From Naegleria gruberi (taxonomy: Eukaryota), in NCBI GenBank assembly GCA_000004985.1, contig GG738896.1: a stretch of 64,000 nucleotides of DNA. One strand, given 5' to 3'. Shown here in pieces: positions 11,281-21,034 of this stretch. Under the pieces are notes generated by a model. The model saw only the letters and a list, made by a program, of their open reading frames with translations, did not search any database and was not told the DNA's origin. A program made the position numbers and the translations under genes. Position 1 is the stretch's first letter. The number at the start of each line of letters is the position of its first letter.

Positions 11281-11475
11281 CTATTCTTGACCAACATTTG
11301 GGAAGGCTTCCTTCAAAGTCTTCTTGTGTTTGTTTTCAGCGTGTTCAGCCAAGACTTCAACCTTTGTTGTACACAAGAAGGTTTGCTTGCAGACATCACA
11401 TTGATAAGTGAGAGCCTTTTCGTTAACCTTGGTTTGAGAGGTGTCCTTCTTGTTGAGTTGGGCCATCTTCTTCAT
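11281..11475 (-). CDS. Small C2H2 zinc-finger protein (ZNF706 / SERF-C2H2-like)
   Basis: 64-aa lysine-rich N-terminus followed by YQCDVCKQTF...HAENKHKK. The C-X2-C...H-X3-H spacing matches the ZNF706 family. Confidence 0.5.
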   Translation of the reverse strand: MKKMAQLNKKDTSQTKVNEKALTYQCDVCKQTFLCTTKVEVLAEHAENKHKKTLKEAFPNVGQE

Positions 11476-11999
11476 ATTTCTTTCTCCTATTAATTGTTGT
11501 TATTGTTGTTGAATATTCATCATTAAATATATATTATAATTCGTTTTTGGTTGTTGTTATTATTGTTCAAAAGCAATTCAATGAATATGATAAAACGTTT
11601 TTTCATAATTTCATCATCATTCCATTGTTTTTAAATTTGTTAAACGCATCGGATGGTAATATAAATGCATGAAATGCAAATTAATAATAGAGAGTTGAGA
11701 GAGAACGTACTCTTTTGCTGAGATTGGGCAGAATTTCCTTTGGCCATTGTTGTTGTTATTGATCTAAAAGAACGTTAAAATATTTTTTTAATAAAATTTT
11801 TTGTTGGAGAAATTTTCATAGTTTTTTTCTTTCTTTTCAAAATTTCCTTTTTTAAAACCTTAACGTTCATTTACCTCAATGAATGGTTGAGTATTTTGAA
11901 CAGAATGGGATGTAATTGAAATGATACATATCATTTGAAGTAATTAATTGGTTCTATTGAATAATTTTCATTTTGAAATTTTGAATATTTCAGTGATAT

Positions 12000-12598
12000 T
12001 TATTTACTGAAATATTGAGCTATGGTTTTGACTATATCTTGAGATTCCTTTTCTGAGTTTACTTGATATAAATGTTCGTAAGGGCCTTCATATTGTTGAG
12101 GTGGTTTAAATCCTTTAGCAAATTCATCCACTACCTCATCAGCCTTATCAGCTTGAAGTGTTGGATGGTTCTTTCTCGATTTTACATTTAATTTACATTG
12201 TTCAGGTGTTGTTGCAAACCAAACCAAGTCAATATGTTTCACTCCCAATTTCTTAGCTTCAGTAATCCACATTTTTCTATATCAATTTCAATATCAAAAT
12301 GTCATCGTTATTGTAAATTATTCAATAAATATACTAACCTATCCTTCGGATGAATATTACATCTATCTAATATTACTGACTTGTTATGTTTAAACGATTT
12401 TTCCATCACCTTTTTGCATTCCGAAGCATCTCCCAAAGTATCCTGATTGACTCGCACAAAATTTGTTGATTTCTTTTCTAATTGTTCCGAAAAGGTTGAT
12501 TTTCCAGATCCTGGAAATCCACAACAAATAATTAAATAAGTTTCTGGTGTTACTTTTGCTGTGCTACTACTCGATGATGATTTTTTGGTCATTTTCAA
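12000..12598 (-). CDS. P-loop kinase, polynucleotide-kinase (PNKP kinase-domain)-like, 2 exons (12598..12339, 12276..12000)
   Basis: Walker A LIICCGFPGSGKSTF. Motifs VNQDTLG and ILDRCN are as in PNK-type kinases. The minus-strand GTTAGT donor is at 12338 and the AG acceptor at 12277-12278 (62-nt intron). This joins ...HPKDR to KMWITEAKKLGVKHIDLVWF. Confidence 0.6.
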
Positions 12599-12883
12599 TG
12601 AAGTGTAATAATTATTGGATGAATTTTTATGTTTTGTTATTTTTTTGAGTTTGAATTTTATTTTTAGTTTTATCGTGAACTTTTTGAAACCACATTCAAG
12701 TTCAGAGTTGAAAAATAGTCAAAACTGAGTTTGAATGAATTGTAATTATTATTTAATGGTATTTTGTTAAAGCTTTAAATATTATTACACATGGTGGATT
12801 GTTCTAGTGTGAAAATAGTACACGTGTCGTAGAACTCTGAGTTCTGCTGTTGTTACAATTTCCAGATTTCTTCCTCTTTCTGT

Positions 12884-12897
12884 GAAGGCGCCAAAAT
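12884..12897. promoter_or_regulatory. E2F-like GC element GAAGGCGCCAAAAT, 43 bp upstream of the ATG at 12935
   Basis: GGCGCCAAAA is a half-site of the palindromic TTTGGCGCCAAA motif. It occurs 4 times in this window, always just upstream of a gene start. Confidence 0.4.
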
Positions 12898-12934
12898 TAA
12901 ATGAATTAAAAAACAAATAATTAAAAAAAATAGG

Positions 12935-15508
12935 ATGATGTTTACAAGACAAACTGCCAGAAAATCAACTGGTGGAAAGGCACCTCGCAAACAAGTTGGT
13001 TCAAAATCAGCTTTAGGATTAAATTCTTCTAATGCGAGAAAATATCAAATTAATATTAGCGAGTTGAAGGCTAAACATCAACAGCAACTTTCTGATCAGA
13101 ATAATTATAATTTGAATGATGACGCTGATTTGAAGAAATTTATTGATGATCAATATGAAAATTGTGATGATTTGGTTAAAAAGTGGATTCACGATGATTT
13201 GGTCAATCAAAAAGAGGAGATTCAACAATCGGATAGTGATGTAGAGCTTGATACAAGATTGTTGAAAGAATTGGATGAAAATACCAAGTTTGAAATTTTG
13301 CAATTCATTCCAACATTTTCACCAAATGTTGCCAATCAGTCCTTGACTGAAGAAAGAAATATTGAAATGAATCTCGATACTGAATTGATTAGATTTCACA
13401 AAATGAGATTAATTAACAAGAGTTTCAACAAGATTATGATGAAGAAAATTCTCACTCTCAAACATATTACCTTGAAAACTGCTACCAACACTTTAAATTA
13501 TATTAGTTTGCTCTCTATTGCTCAGAAGGCATACAAACAAGCAATGATGATGAACTCGAACCATGATCTAAATATTGATAATGTTTTATTATATAACCCT
13601 TATTCATCAGTAGAAATAGTTGACAACAACCAAAGTTTTGGTTTCAATAACTTTGGTGGTTTTTCAACAGGTCTCAATAGCTTTGGTGGTTTCTCAACAG
13701 GATTTGGTACTTTCGGTACTACAGCAAGCAGTATACTTCAAAACACCAATGAAATCCCATCCGATTCGAGAGAACTAATTTCTGAAGATTCTGAGGATGA
13801 GCTTATTGCAAAATTGTATTTAAAGAGAGAGGACAAGAAAAATCCCCAAAAAGTAGATATTGATTACATGCGTGAAGAGGTTTATTTATACACACATGCA
13901 TCACATACCACTTCTCAAAATCAAAGTAGTTCATATCCACCTGTTATTATGACAGTCAATGAAACTATTGAAACTTTAACTTTGGTAATGGAAGATCAAT
14001 ATCTAGCCAAAGATATTGTAGGGTTTTTTTCTAAATTGAAAAGACTTAATATTTTCATGAATAATGCAACTTTTTATTACGGAGAAGTATTCAACTTGGC
14101 TTCAGAATCTCTAGAGGAAGTTTTAGTTTGTGGTGCTGGTTTGTTAGAACTTCTTATCAACCAACCATATTTGCTAAGCTCTTTTTCTGGGGCTTCTTGT
14201 CCAAAGATGACATCAGTTACATTTTCTCCTCTACTTCCAAATATTTATGCACCAGAAAATATTCTTGATACCTACTTTTCTCAACTACAAGTCACTAATC
14301 CAACCATCCACAAGCTTAATATTTATGATAAGATTGGTAGAAATGAATCCGCATTTATCAAATCTGAAGTATTTACCACTACCAATCCTGTTCAAAGAGA
14401 GCTAAATGTTTACTGTGTTCAATACAAGTCACTTGTAAACATTGATATCTTGGAGGAACTCTATGATATATTTGGAGACCGTTTCGTGAAAACCGTAATG
14501 CCATTCATGATACTCGGATATAATTGCCCTGTAACATTGGAACATGACCAATCACTTTGGAAATCTCATTTTGTGGAACACATGAAAAAGTTCAAAGATA
14601 CTGCAAATTACTTGTTCAAGAAGAGGAAATTTCCTGTTTCAAACGTGTTGCTTTCATTTGACATTATGACAAATAATGTTTTAGAACAGAACATCAAGGA
14701 CAGCAAATTACAATACCTCATATACCTATGTAACCAGTATCAAAATTCTAAACTTTTAAGCTATCTACCTGAAAACAAACAAACTCTATCAACAATTATT
14801 GCCTCAATTTATAGAGGATGGAATTTCACAAAATATACAAATGATCTCTTGGAATTCTTTGTTAGAGCCTTTTTTCACAGAGGAGTTTCTGCCATGTTAC
14901 ATAACTTTAAGTATGATGAAAAATTTATTGTATCTCAAATTGAGTATTTGGCTACTAGTTACACGATTAGTTCTACGATTAGTTCTAGGGCCGTTATTAC
15001 TGAGATAATTATCCACCTCTTCAGAAATAACTCAAAGGTTCTCTACTCTCTTCTTGCAAAACAGGTGGAAGTTTCTGATAATAACACTACATTTACAATT
15101 CCATTTATTGCCTTCCTCTTCGGAAAGGCAGATTGCTATTTAATTGCTAAACTATTTAATGAAATGGACATGGAAACATTCAATTCTTTAGGTCAAAACA
15201 ATAGAGGCGACAACATTCTCCACATTTATGTTTACTTTCAACAAGAATTTAATTACCTCATCTTTTATTCCATACTAAACAAGAATCCAAACTTGATTAA
15301 CATGGTCAATCACAAATTGCAAACTCCGCTTCATTACTTGATGACACTAAATGACAAGAGATCACCTCTTTTACTTCCAGAAATCAATCAACTTCTTAAA
15401 CGTAATAATATTTTGTTAGATATGAATGTTACCGATTATATGGAACAAACTCCTATGAGTATTCTTAAATCAGAAGAATATGAACATGAAGATATCATGT
15501 TTGAATAA
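12935..15508 (+). CDS. Large protein with a histone H3 tail-like N-terminus, FG-type repeats and C-terminal ankyrin repeats
   Basis: 857-aa single-exon ORF. Residues 3-21, TRQTARKSTGGKAPRKQ, match the H3 tail ARTKQTARKSTGGKAPRKQ at 17 of 18 positions. FGFNNFGGFSTGLNSFGGFSTGFGTFG are nucleoporin-like FG repeats. The C-terminus holds ankyrin repeats (GDNILHIY..., QTPLHYLM..., QTPMSIL). Confidence 0.7.
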   Translation: MMFTRQTARKSTGGKAPRKQVGSKSALGLNSSNARKYQINISELKAKHQQQLSDQNNYNLNDDADLKKFIDDQYENCDDLVKKWIHDDLVNQKEEIQQSDSDVELDTRLLKELDENTKFEILQFIPTFSPNVANQSLTEERNIEMNLDTELIRFHKMRLINKSFNKIMMKKILTLKHITLKTATNTLNYISLLSIAQKAYKQAMMMNSNHDLNIDNVLLYNPYSSVEIVDNNQSFGFNNFGGFSTGLNSFGGFSTGFGTFGTTASSILQNTNEIPSDSRELISEDSEDELIAKLYLKREDKKNPQKVDIDYMREEVYLYTHASHTTSQNQSSSYPPVIMTVNETIETLTLVMEDQYLAKDIVGFFSKLKRLNIFMNNATFYYGEVFNLASESLEEVLVCGAGLLELLINQPYLLSSFSGASCPKMTSVTFSPLLPNIYAPENILDTYFSQLQVTNPTIHKLNIYDKIGRNESAFIKSEVFTTTNPVQRELNVYCVQYKSLVNIDILEELYDIFGDRFVKTVMPFMILGYNCPVTLEHDQSLWKSHFVEHMKKFKDTANYLFKKRKFPVSNVLLSFDIMTNNVLEQNIKDSKLQYLIYLCNQYQNSKLLSYLPENKQTLSTIIASIYRGWNFTKYTNDLLEFFVRAFFHRGVSAMLHNFKYDEKFIVSQIEYLATSYTISSTISSRAVITEIIIHLFRNNSKVLYSLLAKQVEVSDNNTTFTIPFIAFLFGKADCYLIAKLFNEMDMETFNSLGQNNRGDNILHIYVYFQQEFNYLIFYSILNKNPNLINMVNHKLQTPLHYLMTLNDKRSPLLLPEINQLLKRNNILLDMNVTDYMEQTPMSILKSEEYEHEDIMFE

Positions 15509-15617
15509 TTGAAACTTAATGATAGCAAGCATTTCTTCCAAGCTAATAAAATTTTTACAGTAAGGATTTCATGTATTTAATTGTTTGTTGGGCAACCAGA
15601 ATTAATCGATTAATTTT

Positions 15618-15784
15618 ACACTTAAAGGAATCCGCAAACCAATAATGAACCAAAATGAAGTGCATTAGCCGGGAGTCGAACCCGGGTCACCAGCTTGGAA
15701 GGCTGGTATGATACCGTTACACTACTAATGCTTTCTTGGTTAATTCATTCCTTAATGTTCACGATTAAGCACGATATCCCATTC
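15618..15784. repeat. Left arm of an inverted repeat carrying tRNA-Gly(TCC) plus conserved 5' and 3' flanks (partner at 17211..17377)
   Basis: The reverse complement of 15732-15784 (gaatgggatatcgtgcttaatcgtgaacattaaggaatgaattaaccaagaaa) aligns at about 85-90% with 17211-17263 (gaatgagatattgtgcttaaccgtgaatattaaggaatgaaataagcaagaaa). The 3' flanks also align (atgcacttcattttggttcattattggtttgcggattcc versus atgcatttccttttgattcttggtttgcagattccc). Confidence 0.7.
15661..15731 (-). tRNA. tRNA-Gly (anticodon TCC), copy A
   Basis: The reverse complement GCATTAGTAGTGTAACGGTATCATACCAGCCTTCCAAGCTGGTGACCCGGGTTCGACTCCCGGCTAATGCA is 71 nt. It matches eukaryotic tRNA-Gly-TCC (GCCTTCCAAGC anticodon arm, GGGTTCGA T-loop). 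Confidence 0.9.
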
Positions 15785-15912
15785 TGTTTATTCCTTTTTA
15801 ATCAATTTCTGGAACTTTCATTCTTAATTCGAATTGAACATAACGGTACTATAGCATTAGGCCTACTATTCTTGAATTCTCCTGGAGGGAATTTACATCC
15901 CATTTAAAAACA

Positions 15913-17165
15913 ATGAAAGCAAAAAAATTTCAAATCAGTAAAAAAAAAATGGAGCTATTGGAAGAATCATGCTTGCTCTCAGTGATTAATCTTCCAAAAG
16001 AGATTTGGCTCTATCAAATATGTGAATATTTAGATATTCTTGATATGATTTTTTCGCTGGGGAGAGTTTGCAAAGCATTTCGATATGAATTGGCAAACGA
16101 ATATCTTAAAAAATTCCCAAAAACAAAAAAGAAGGATTCGAATGATCAAGTCAGTTCGATAGATAGCTTTTCAATGAGAAGAGTGAAATATATTATCAGA
16201 GATGAATTACTGAAATTTATTGTAAAGTTTGAAAAATCTCTGACGAATGAAGGAATTTTCGAAAAGAAGGACACGAGCCATGTATCAGAACAGTCCAATG
16301 CTCAACAAAATGATCCAAAATCAACAAATGGTGGTCCCACAATAGAAAAAGAACGTTTAATGGAATTATTCCAATCAAGAATGGAAATATTCGACTTTTA
16401 CTTTTCACATTTCTATAAGAAATTACCAAGTGACGCTAGTGAATCAGCTATCAAGCAAACTTCCATTGCTTCTTCCCTATTTAAATCTGAAAATCAATTA
16501 GTTGAATCCTCATCAGCAAGAAACACTGAAATGAAAAAGATTTTGATTATCGGCAATGGTGGAGGTAAGTTTTCATTGTTAAATATTTCTCTAAATATTT
16601 AAAGTTGGAAAAACAACATTTTGCAGATCAATGCAGGATTTACCACTAAACGATAACCGAAATCTACCAACTATTGGTTGTGAAATCAACTCTTACCGAT
16701 TGAAAATTGCCGGTTTGGAAGCAAATATTAATTTATGGGATACAGGTATGTTCCACACTTTTTAATTGAGATTTTTATTAAAATCAAACAGTTGGTCAGG
16801 AAAAGTTTGGTTTTCTTAGAGATACCCTTTATGTGAATACTTCAGTGTGCATCATTTGTTTTGATCTTACCAGTAGATATTCCTACAAATCTATTCTGAA
16901 TTGGTTCAGGGATATCAAAAGAGTGGAACCTGAATGTGAAGTGATATTTGTCGGAACGAAACTAGATCTAACCGACAATCTGAAAGTAACACCCAAGCAA
17001 ATTACTTTTCCAATTAACAAGTATTGTCCATATATTGGATTGAGTAGTCTTCAACAGATTAATAATAGAGCAGTGTTGTGGTATGTTGCTTTTATGAATC
17101 TGTTTGTTTCCCATTTGAAAGGTATTCATGAAACTCTCATTTGTGATAAAGAAACAATAAATTGA
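15913..17165 (+). CDS. Chimeric F-box / Ras-superfamily small GTPase protein, 3 exons (15913..16564, 16605..16745, 16792..17165); 3' end uncertain
   Basis: The N-terminus LPKEIWLYQICEYLDILDMIFSLGRVCKAFRY fits an F-box. Exon 1 ends KILIIGNGG. The GTAAGT donor at 16565 and the 40-nt intron continue VGKTTFCRSMQ...NINLWDT, completing the P-loop GNGGVGKT. A second 46-nt intron gives VGQEKFGFLRD...SVCIICFDLTSRYSY...VIFVGTKLDL (G3, G4 motifs). The C-terminal tail after NKYCPY is unusual and may hide another intron. Confidence 0.65.
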
Positions 17166-17210
17166 TTTAGACTTACCTTAGTGTGGAACATTAAGGTTTT
17201 ATAATAAATA

Positions 17211-17377
17211 GAATGAGATATTGTGCTTAACCGTGAATATTAAGGAATGAAATAAGCAAGAAAGCATTAGTAGTGTAACGGTATCATACCAGCCTTCCAA
17301 GCTGGTGACCCGGGTTCGACTCCCGGCTAATGCATTTCCTTTTGATTCTTGGTTTGCAGATTCCCTTATTATTGTTA
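17211..17377. repeat. Right arm of the inverted tRNA-Gly unit repeat (partner at 15618..15784)
   Basis: See the left-arm entry. The two arms face each other across the F-box-GTPase gene at 15913..17165. Confidence 0.7.
17264..17334 (+). tRNA. tRNA-Gly (anticodon TCC), copy B
   Basis: The 71-nt sequence is identical to the other three copies. Confidence 0.9.
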
Positions 17378-17960
17378 CTGTGGTACTTAAGCAAATGAAA
17401 ATTTTCTCGCGAAAAAATATATATTAAAATACTTCAATACTCTTCTTTGACTCCTTTTGCATATTGGATTATGAACTTTGATTACCATTATTGGTGTTGA
17501 TGTCTAATGGTGAGCTAGTTGAGGGATTGTCTCTTTCAAAATGTGATATTGAGCATATTCATCCTTAATAGAGAGATACCAAGCCGAATCAATTGGCCGT
17601 TCACACACTTGTAAGCATTATTAGACCGTTAGTAGTACATGTACTTGATAAACATGGTAACTAATCGATTGGATTGTTAGTTAAACGAAACTGCTCACAA
17701 CCCATCAAAATATTCGAAAGGTGAAACAAACATCATTTCTGAAATATAGCACGTTTCTTTCGGCGATTTCACATGCATTATTTTGTGAGAACTTTCTATT
17801 TAAGTGCAACATCTTTTTAAATGGAAAGTGATGCCCGAGATGAAATCTCTGAAAAAATAGGTTACTTTCCAATAATTGAAATTTGTAAACGAAAGCACGA
17901 ACAATAACTTTCCACCTGAACCACACAAGAATCTCTTAAAAAAAACAATAACACCCAATC

Positions 17961-19062
17961 ATGAACTATCCTAAAGCTTTAGTTGTATTTCTGATATCTT
18001 TCGCTATCCTCAACGTTGGTATCTTTGCCATCACTGTTTCTCAAGATTTTACCAATGCATTTGATGCAGCTGTCCAAGCAATGATTACTGACAGCGAATG
18101 GAATAAATTCTATTCTGACACGATGTATTTTACAGTGCCAACATGTACAAGTGCAACTGTCAAATGGCCAACTAAGAATCCATTCATTGGTAGAAGTGGT
18201 TTAAACATGTGTTTCGAAACTGGAACTTTATCTCCGTGGTTAGAAACCAAGACGAAAATTGCTCAAATGGTTGTTCAAAAGATTAATTCACACTATGGAA
18301 CAAGTTATAATGCAAATATTTTGAGATTTAATACAAGTGCATTGGGATTCTTTGATACGATGAAAAATGCTGTGAATAATGGAGATTGTAAGTTTCGAAT
18401 ATATTTTTTAAGTTTCGAATATTTTGAAATAATTAATGTTTGATAATTTCGAATAGGTGATATGATAACTGCTAATATTCTTGTTACTGCCGAAAGAAGT
18501 TCATCCATTCATTATCAATGTCCATTCGGATCTGGTTCAAATGGTTGGATCAGAACTAAAAGAGATCCACAACTTTCCATTACTGATATTTCTCAATTGA
18601 ACAAGACTGGAATCATGGTTGGAGGTAAGTTATTGATCATTCATGAAATTTCTCATTCATTATTCAACAAATCTATTCGAAACACAGCTTATGAAGGAAC
18701 TGCTTTTGCAACTTATGTGAAAACTAATCTTCCAGCTGCAACTTTTGTGCCATATTCTGGTATTAACTTGCAATATGACGCTGTTTTGGATGGATCAGTT
18801 CATGCAATTATTGGAGATGGTAAGTTTAATTTAGTTTATTATTGGTATTCGAAACCTTTCAGCTATTCAATATTACAATTGGGCCAATGTTCAAATGTCA
18901 GGAAAATGTAATTGCACTGTTAAAACTTATGGAAATACATTCGGTATGGCCACTTTCACCAATGTGAATATTACAACAAGCGGAGTTGACCAAATCGGCG
19001 GAGGAAATGTTTGGACCTCCTTTTTGGTATTAATAATAGTTTCCATTTTAGTCATGTTTTAA
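17961..19062 (+). CDS. Secreted protein with a bacterial-type periplasmic solute-binding (SBP_bac_3-like) fold, 4 exons (17961..18387, 18457..18624, 18688..18819, 18902..19062)
   Basis: N-terminal signal peptide MNYPKALVVFLISFAILNVGIFA. After splicing out three GTAAGT introns (69, 63 and 82 nt) the protein reads ...DMITANILVTAERSS...GIMVG AYEGTAFATYVKTNLPAATFVPYSGINLQYDAVLDGSVHAIIGDG. This resembles amino-acid-binding SBPs. A hydrophobic C-terminus (SFLVLIIVSILVMF) suggests a GPI or TM anchor. Confidence 0.6.
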
Positions 19063-19160
19063 ATAATAATATACTAATAATTTTTGTCAAGCAACAGTAT
19101 TGTTGACTTCAATAAATCCTAAATATTAAATTAAAAAGAGAAATCTTTAAAAATCTCAAA

Positions 19161-19175
19161 TTTTGGCGCCAAAAG
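19161..19175. promoter_or_regulatory. Palindromic E2F-like element TTTTGGCGCCAAAAG, 11-25 bp upstream of the ATG at 19186
   Basis: A perfect 14-bp palindrome TTTTGGCGCCAAAA lies within an AT-rich intergenic region. Confidence 0.45.
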
Positions 19176-19185
19176 TCAAAAAAAA

Positions 19186-20760
19186 ATGTGGAATGCGAAT
19201 TCTCCTGCGCCATGCTCATCAGGATCATCGGTTGATCAGCAGCAATACAGTCCACTTCCCATCGCCTCTATTCAACAATTTACATCAACAGTAACTCATC
19301 ACGAATTTGTAATGCACTCATCAGAATTATTTGTCGAATTATTTTGAATTCCTGATCGTAAAAAGAAGAATAATTCTGATTATTTGGATGCATATTTCAA
19401 GTCTACAAAGTCTTTTGATGCAAACAAGTATCAATCACAGATTAATCCACAAATTGTACGTCAAGTCCAAATATCAAGTAATGGTATCTCAGATCATTGT
19501 ACAAATGTGCGTTCGTGGTTTATTGAAACCATCATGATGAGAATGGGTATTTTCCTACCTGAGAACATTTCGTTGGTGAAGAGAATTGGAGAGGGAGCTT
19601 ATGGCAGCGTGTATAGAATTGGTAAAGATAAAGTGTTGAAGATTGCTAAAGATGGTGAAGCCATCAAGAAGTTTGATCATCCATTATTGTTGAGTATTGA
19701 GAGGCTTTTTTGGTATGAAGCTGAGAAACTCTTGTTGATTGTTTCTCCATACTATGAATTGGGACATTTGAGAGGTCAATTCACATTAGGTCAATATTGG
19801 TCAATTCTTTGTAATTTGACAAATGCTCTCAAGTATTTACATTCCCAACAAGTTGTTCATAGAGATATCAAGCCAGCAAACATACTTGTAGAAAAAAAGG
19901 ACAAATTTGAAGTGAAAGTTGTTTTAGCTGATTTTGGATTGGCGAAATCGTTCGATTCTTGCAGTGCAGGAAGTGTAGGAACGACCTACTTTGTAGCTCC
20001 AGAATTAATGAAAGGTTATGATGGAGAACATAGTGCTAGAAGAAGAGTTGCCAATGAGAAGAGTGACATTTTTTCTCTTGGAAAGACTATTAGCGTTCTA
20101 ATTTTGAATGACAAACCTGAAGATTTGGAATTTAAGAAGGGGAATTCACTCACCGAATTGCTTAATCGTATGATGAAGTACAAGCCAGAGAATAGACCTT
20201 CGACTGATGAAATTATTTCAATATGTGAAATGGAGATTTCAAAGCTTTCAGAGACTGATTACAATGCAATTTTCAAATTATCCGACAATGATATTGAAAT
20301 ATTTGATGAAATGAGCTTTTACACTGAAAGTAGTTTGAGTGATGGTTTGTTGAAAATGTTAATAAGCGGAGAAAGTTCTCAAAGTCAATCTGCTGTTAAA
20401 CATTCATACACGTTTGATCTTCACGATGACGGTGTTGTAAATGCCAAGAAAATAATTCACATCAAGTGCACACCAGAGGCAAGATTGGCCATCGAATCAA
20501 TCTATCTCAGAATTTACAACACCAAATTCAATACAGGACTCATTGATGTAACCAATTGCTTGTCCAAATCAGTTAGAGAAATATCCAATGATAATGAAAA
20601 GAAATATGCCATCTCTGGTTCACAAAAACAATATCTCATTCCTGCCAAGTCGAAATATCAAAATGAAAAAGGAAAGGACACTATTGAATTGTATATTAAT
20701 AATAGGGATGAACATGTGGCTTCAGCCAATTATGTCGCCAAGAATAATAAAAATAATTAA
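19186..20760 (+). CDS. Ser/Thr protein kinase; the core exon 19366..20760 is certain and the proposed 5' exon 19186..19308 is tentative
   Basis: The kinase core is LVKRIGEGAYGSVYRIGKDKVLKIAK (GxGxxG and VAIK-like), HRDIKPANILV, DFGLAKS, GTTYFVAPE. The TTG-initiated ORF at 19384 has no upstream ATG. An upstream ORF from 19186 (MWNANSPAPCSS...THHEF) ends at a GTAATG donor at 19309. A 57-nt intron to the acceptor AG at 19364-19365 (or 19367-19368) keeps the frame. Confidence 0.6.
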
Positions 20761-20984
20761 TCGAATCCTAAGCTAATAAGAATCAAAAGGAAGTGCATTA
20801 GCCGGGAGTCGAACCCGGGTCACCAGCTTGGAAGGCTGGTATGATACCGTTACACTACTAATGCTTTCTTGCTTATTTATTTTCAACCGTAATGTTCCGG
20901 ATTAAGGGATGCAATATTTTCAATAATTATTTATTTCAATAATCTATTATTCAATTAAAAGTGGAATGACATGTCAGAGAACTT
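20702..20984. repeat. 283-bp direct repeat, copy 1. It spans the kinase C-terminal codons, tRNA-Gly(TCC) and the intergenic region through the 3' end of the RCC1 gene
   Basis: About 97% identical to 22902..23183, with a uniform 2200-bp offset. Confidence 0.85.
20794..20864 (-). tRNA. tRNA-Gly (anticodon TCC), copy C
   Basis: Identical 71-nt sequence on the minus strand. Confidence 0.9.
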
Positions 20985-21034
20985 ATTTATGAACATGAAT
21001 AATAATTCAATATTATTAATTATTACTAAAAAAA

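Noticed and set aside
15695-15907. 70-aa ORF overlapping tRNA-Gly copy A and its flank
   Set aside because: It overlaps a tRNA gene and conserved tRNA flank, is hydrophobic and low-complexity, and has no motif.
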